A stretch of DNA of 47,525 nucleotides, counting the filler, from Catajapyx aquilonaris (taxonomy: Eukaryota): assembly GCA_000934665.2 (NCBI GenBank). It is 2 parts of 2 records of this genome, joined end to end, with 100 filler letters (N's around TTAATTAATTAA, not from the genome) between each part and the next. Parts side by side here need not be neighbours in the genome. Positions count along the whole stretch, not along the records: positions 23,813 to 47,525 come from JYFJ02005639.1; 1 more part is not named here. One strand, written 5' to 3'. This document shows positions 46,559-47,525 of the stretch, piece after piece (position 1 is the stretch's first letter; each line of letters starts with the position of its first letter). The translations under genes and the position numbers were made by a program. A model generated the notes under the pieces. That model was not told the origin of the DNA and did no database searches. It was given only the letters and a program-made list of their open reading frames with translations.

Positions 46559-47139
46559 TCACGTGACCACTGACGCACAGTGATCTAGAATCGGAAAAAG
46601 CCGGTCACATAACATTTTCTGACCTGTGAGATCTCATTTTGAAATGCATGCCAAATGAATCTATGATAGGGCAATTCCACGTGAACGTGATCATCTTTTT
46701 CACGAAAAAAATTTGCCCGTCGATGAGTGTGAGATATGCTAGAGTCCATGTCAAGTTATGACCTTTCCCATAAGGATTTGGTCCGCCGGTGCGTGGTTGC
46801 CTATCTACAGGCGCTAATTGCACTTGGATCACGGTTAGAGGCGCCCCCATATTACATTTACATGACAACGTAAATGCATGATGTAATACATGTTTCATGT
46901 GTGAAATTGTCTCCTCTTTCCGACAAAAATAGTCACTTCCCGGTAGCTGTGCAAATTCATGTCAAAATGCGACATTTTTGCAAACAAATGACAATTTCAA
47001 AAAGAGAGCCAAAGTCAAATGGCATTATACTGATATCAAAATACACCTCGCAGTGTCCTCTATCAGTGGTACAAACGGAATGTTGGAATACGAAATGGTT
47101 CCGGAGCTATAGGTACTGACGTGGAGCGCTGCGCTAGTG

Positions 47140-47337
47140 GAGGAAACAGATATTCTTTTTTACTCATCAGTGGATCACCAGAGAACAAAAGATGAACTGC
47201 GCAAAAGATTTTCTATGACGAGGACAATCCCTGGAACATTACAATTCCATTGTTTTATTCCTAACCATGAGAAGAAGGAGTTGATTGTAAAAAAATTCTC
47301 TTCTTTCACAAACTGTGAAGTATTTACCATAGAATAG
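47140..47337 (+). mobile_element. Probable DNA-transposase C-terminal remnant (possibly Sola2-like)
   Basis: LRKRFSMTRTIPGTLQFHCFIP resembles the 'L..RF....TIPGT...H.F.P' tail I recall from arthropod DDE transposases; no catalytic core present. Confidence 0.4.
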
Positions 47338-47525
47338 TAGGAATAAATGAAAATTCCTTGGTCATGTTCAACAAAGTTTCAATTTTCACAAGTGTCAAGT
47401 GTTAAAATATGACGGATTAGTTAGAATAAAAAATAAATAAAAAACCTTTTTAAGAACACGCTTTATATTAATCCAATTTCCAAGTGCACTAAAAAGTAGA
47501 AAATAATTTTTCTTCCTCAATCTTC

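Overview
Repeat-rich animal genomic DNA, probably arthropod. It consists of two sequence blocks joined at 23713-23812 by what looks like an artificial spacer (44 N + TTAATTAATTAA + 44 N), so adjacency across it is unproven. Left block: 15 coding exons of the multifunctional pyrimidine gene CAD/rudimentary on the minus strand, covering the end of GATase, CPSase and most of DHOase. All have GT-AG junctions that keep frame, and three are absent from the ORF track. The 9.6-kb CAD intron 4931-14487 holds a complete antisense 5-exon gene (6174-14397, 1073 aa). Its product is a Mab-21/cGAS-like (cGLR) nucleotidyltransferase-fold protein with apparently degenerate catalytic acids, a ~300-aa disordered insert, an MGNAC N-terminus, S/T-P repeats and a possible PDZ ligand. 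Its first canonical polyA signal lies beyond the next CAD exon. Right block: an intronless-CDS ACBD6 gene split by a 663-bp MITE with an AT TSD (second copy at 6586-7249), then ~20 kb of gene-poor DNA with MITEs, SINEs, a 265-bp palindrome and a SINE-containing tandem repeat. It also holds an intron-containing, frameshifted Mis12 fragment directly upstream of a Helitron 3' end, a candidate gene capture. Family names come from motif recognition only; no database searches were run.
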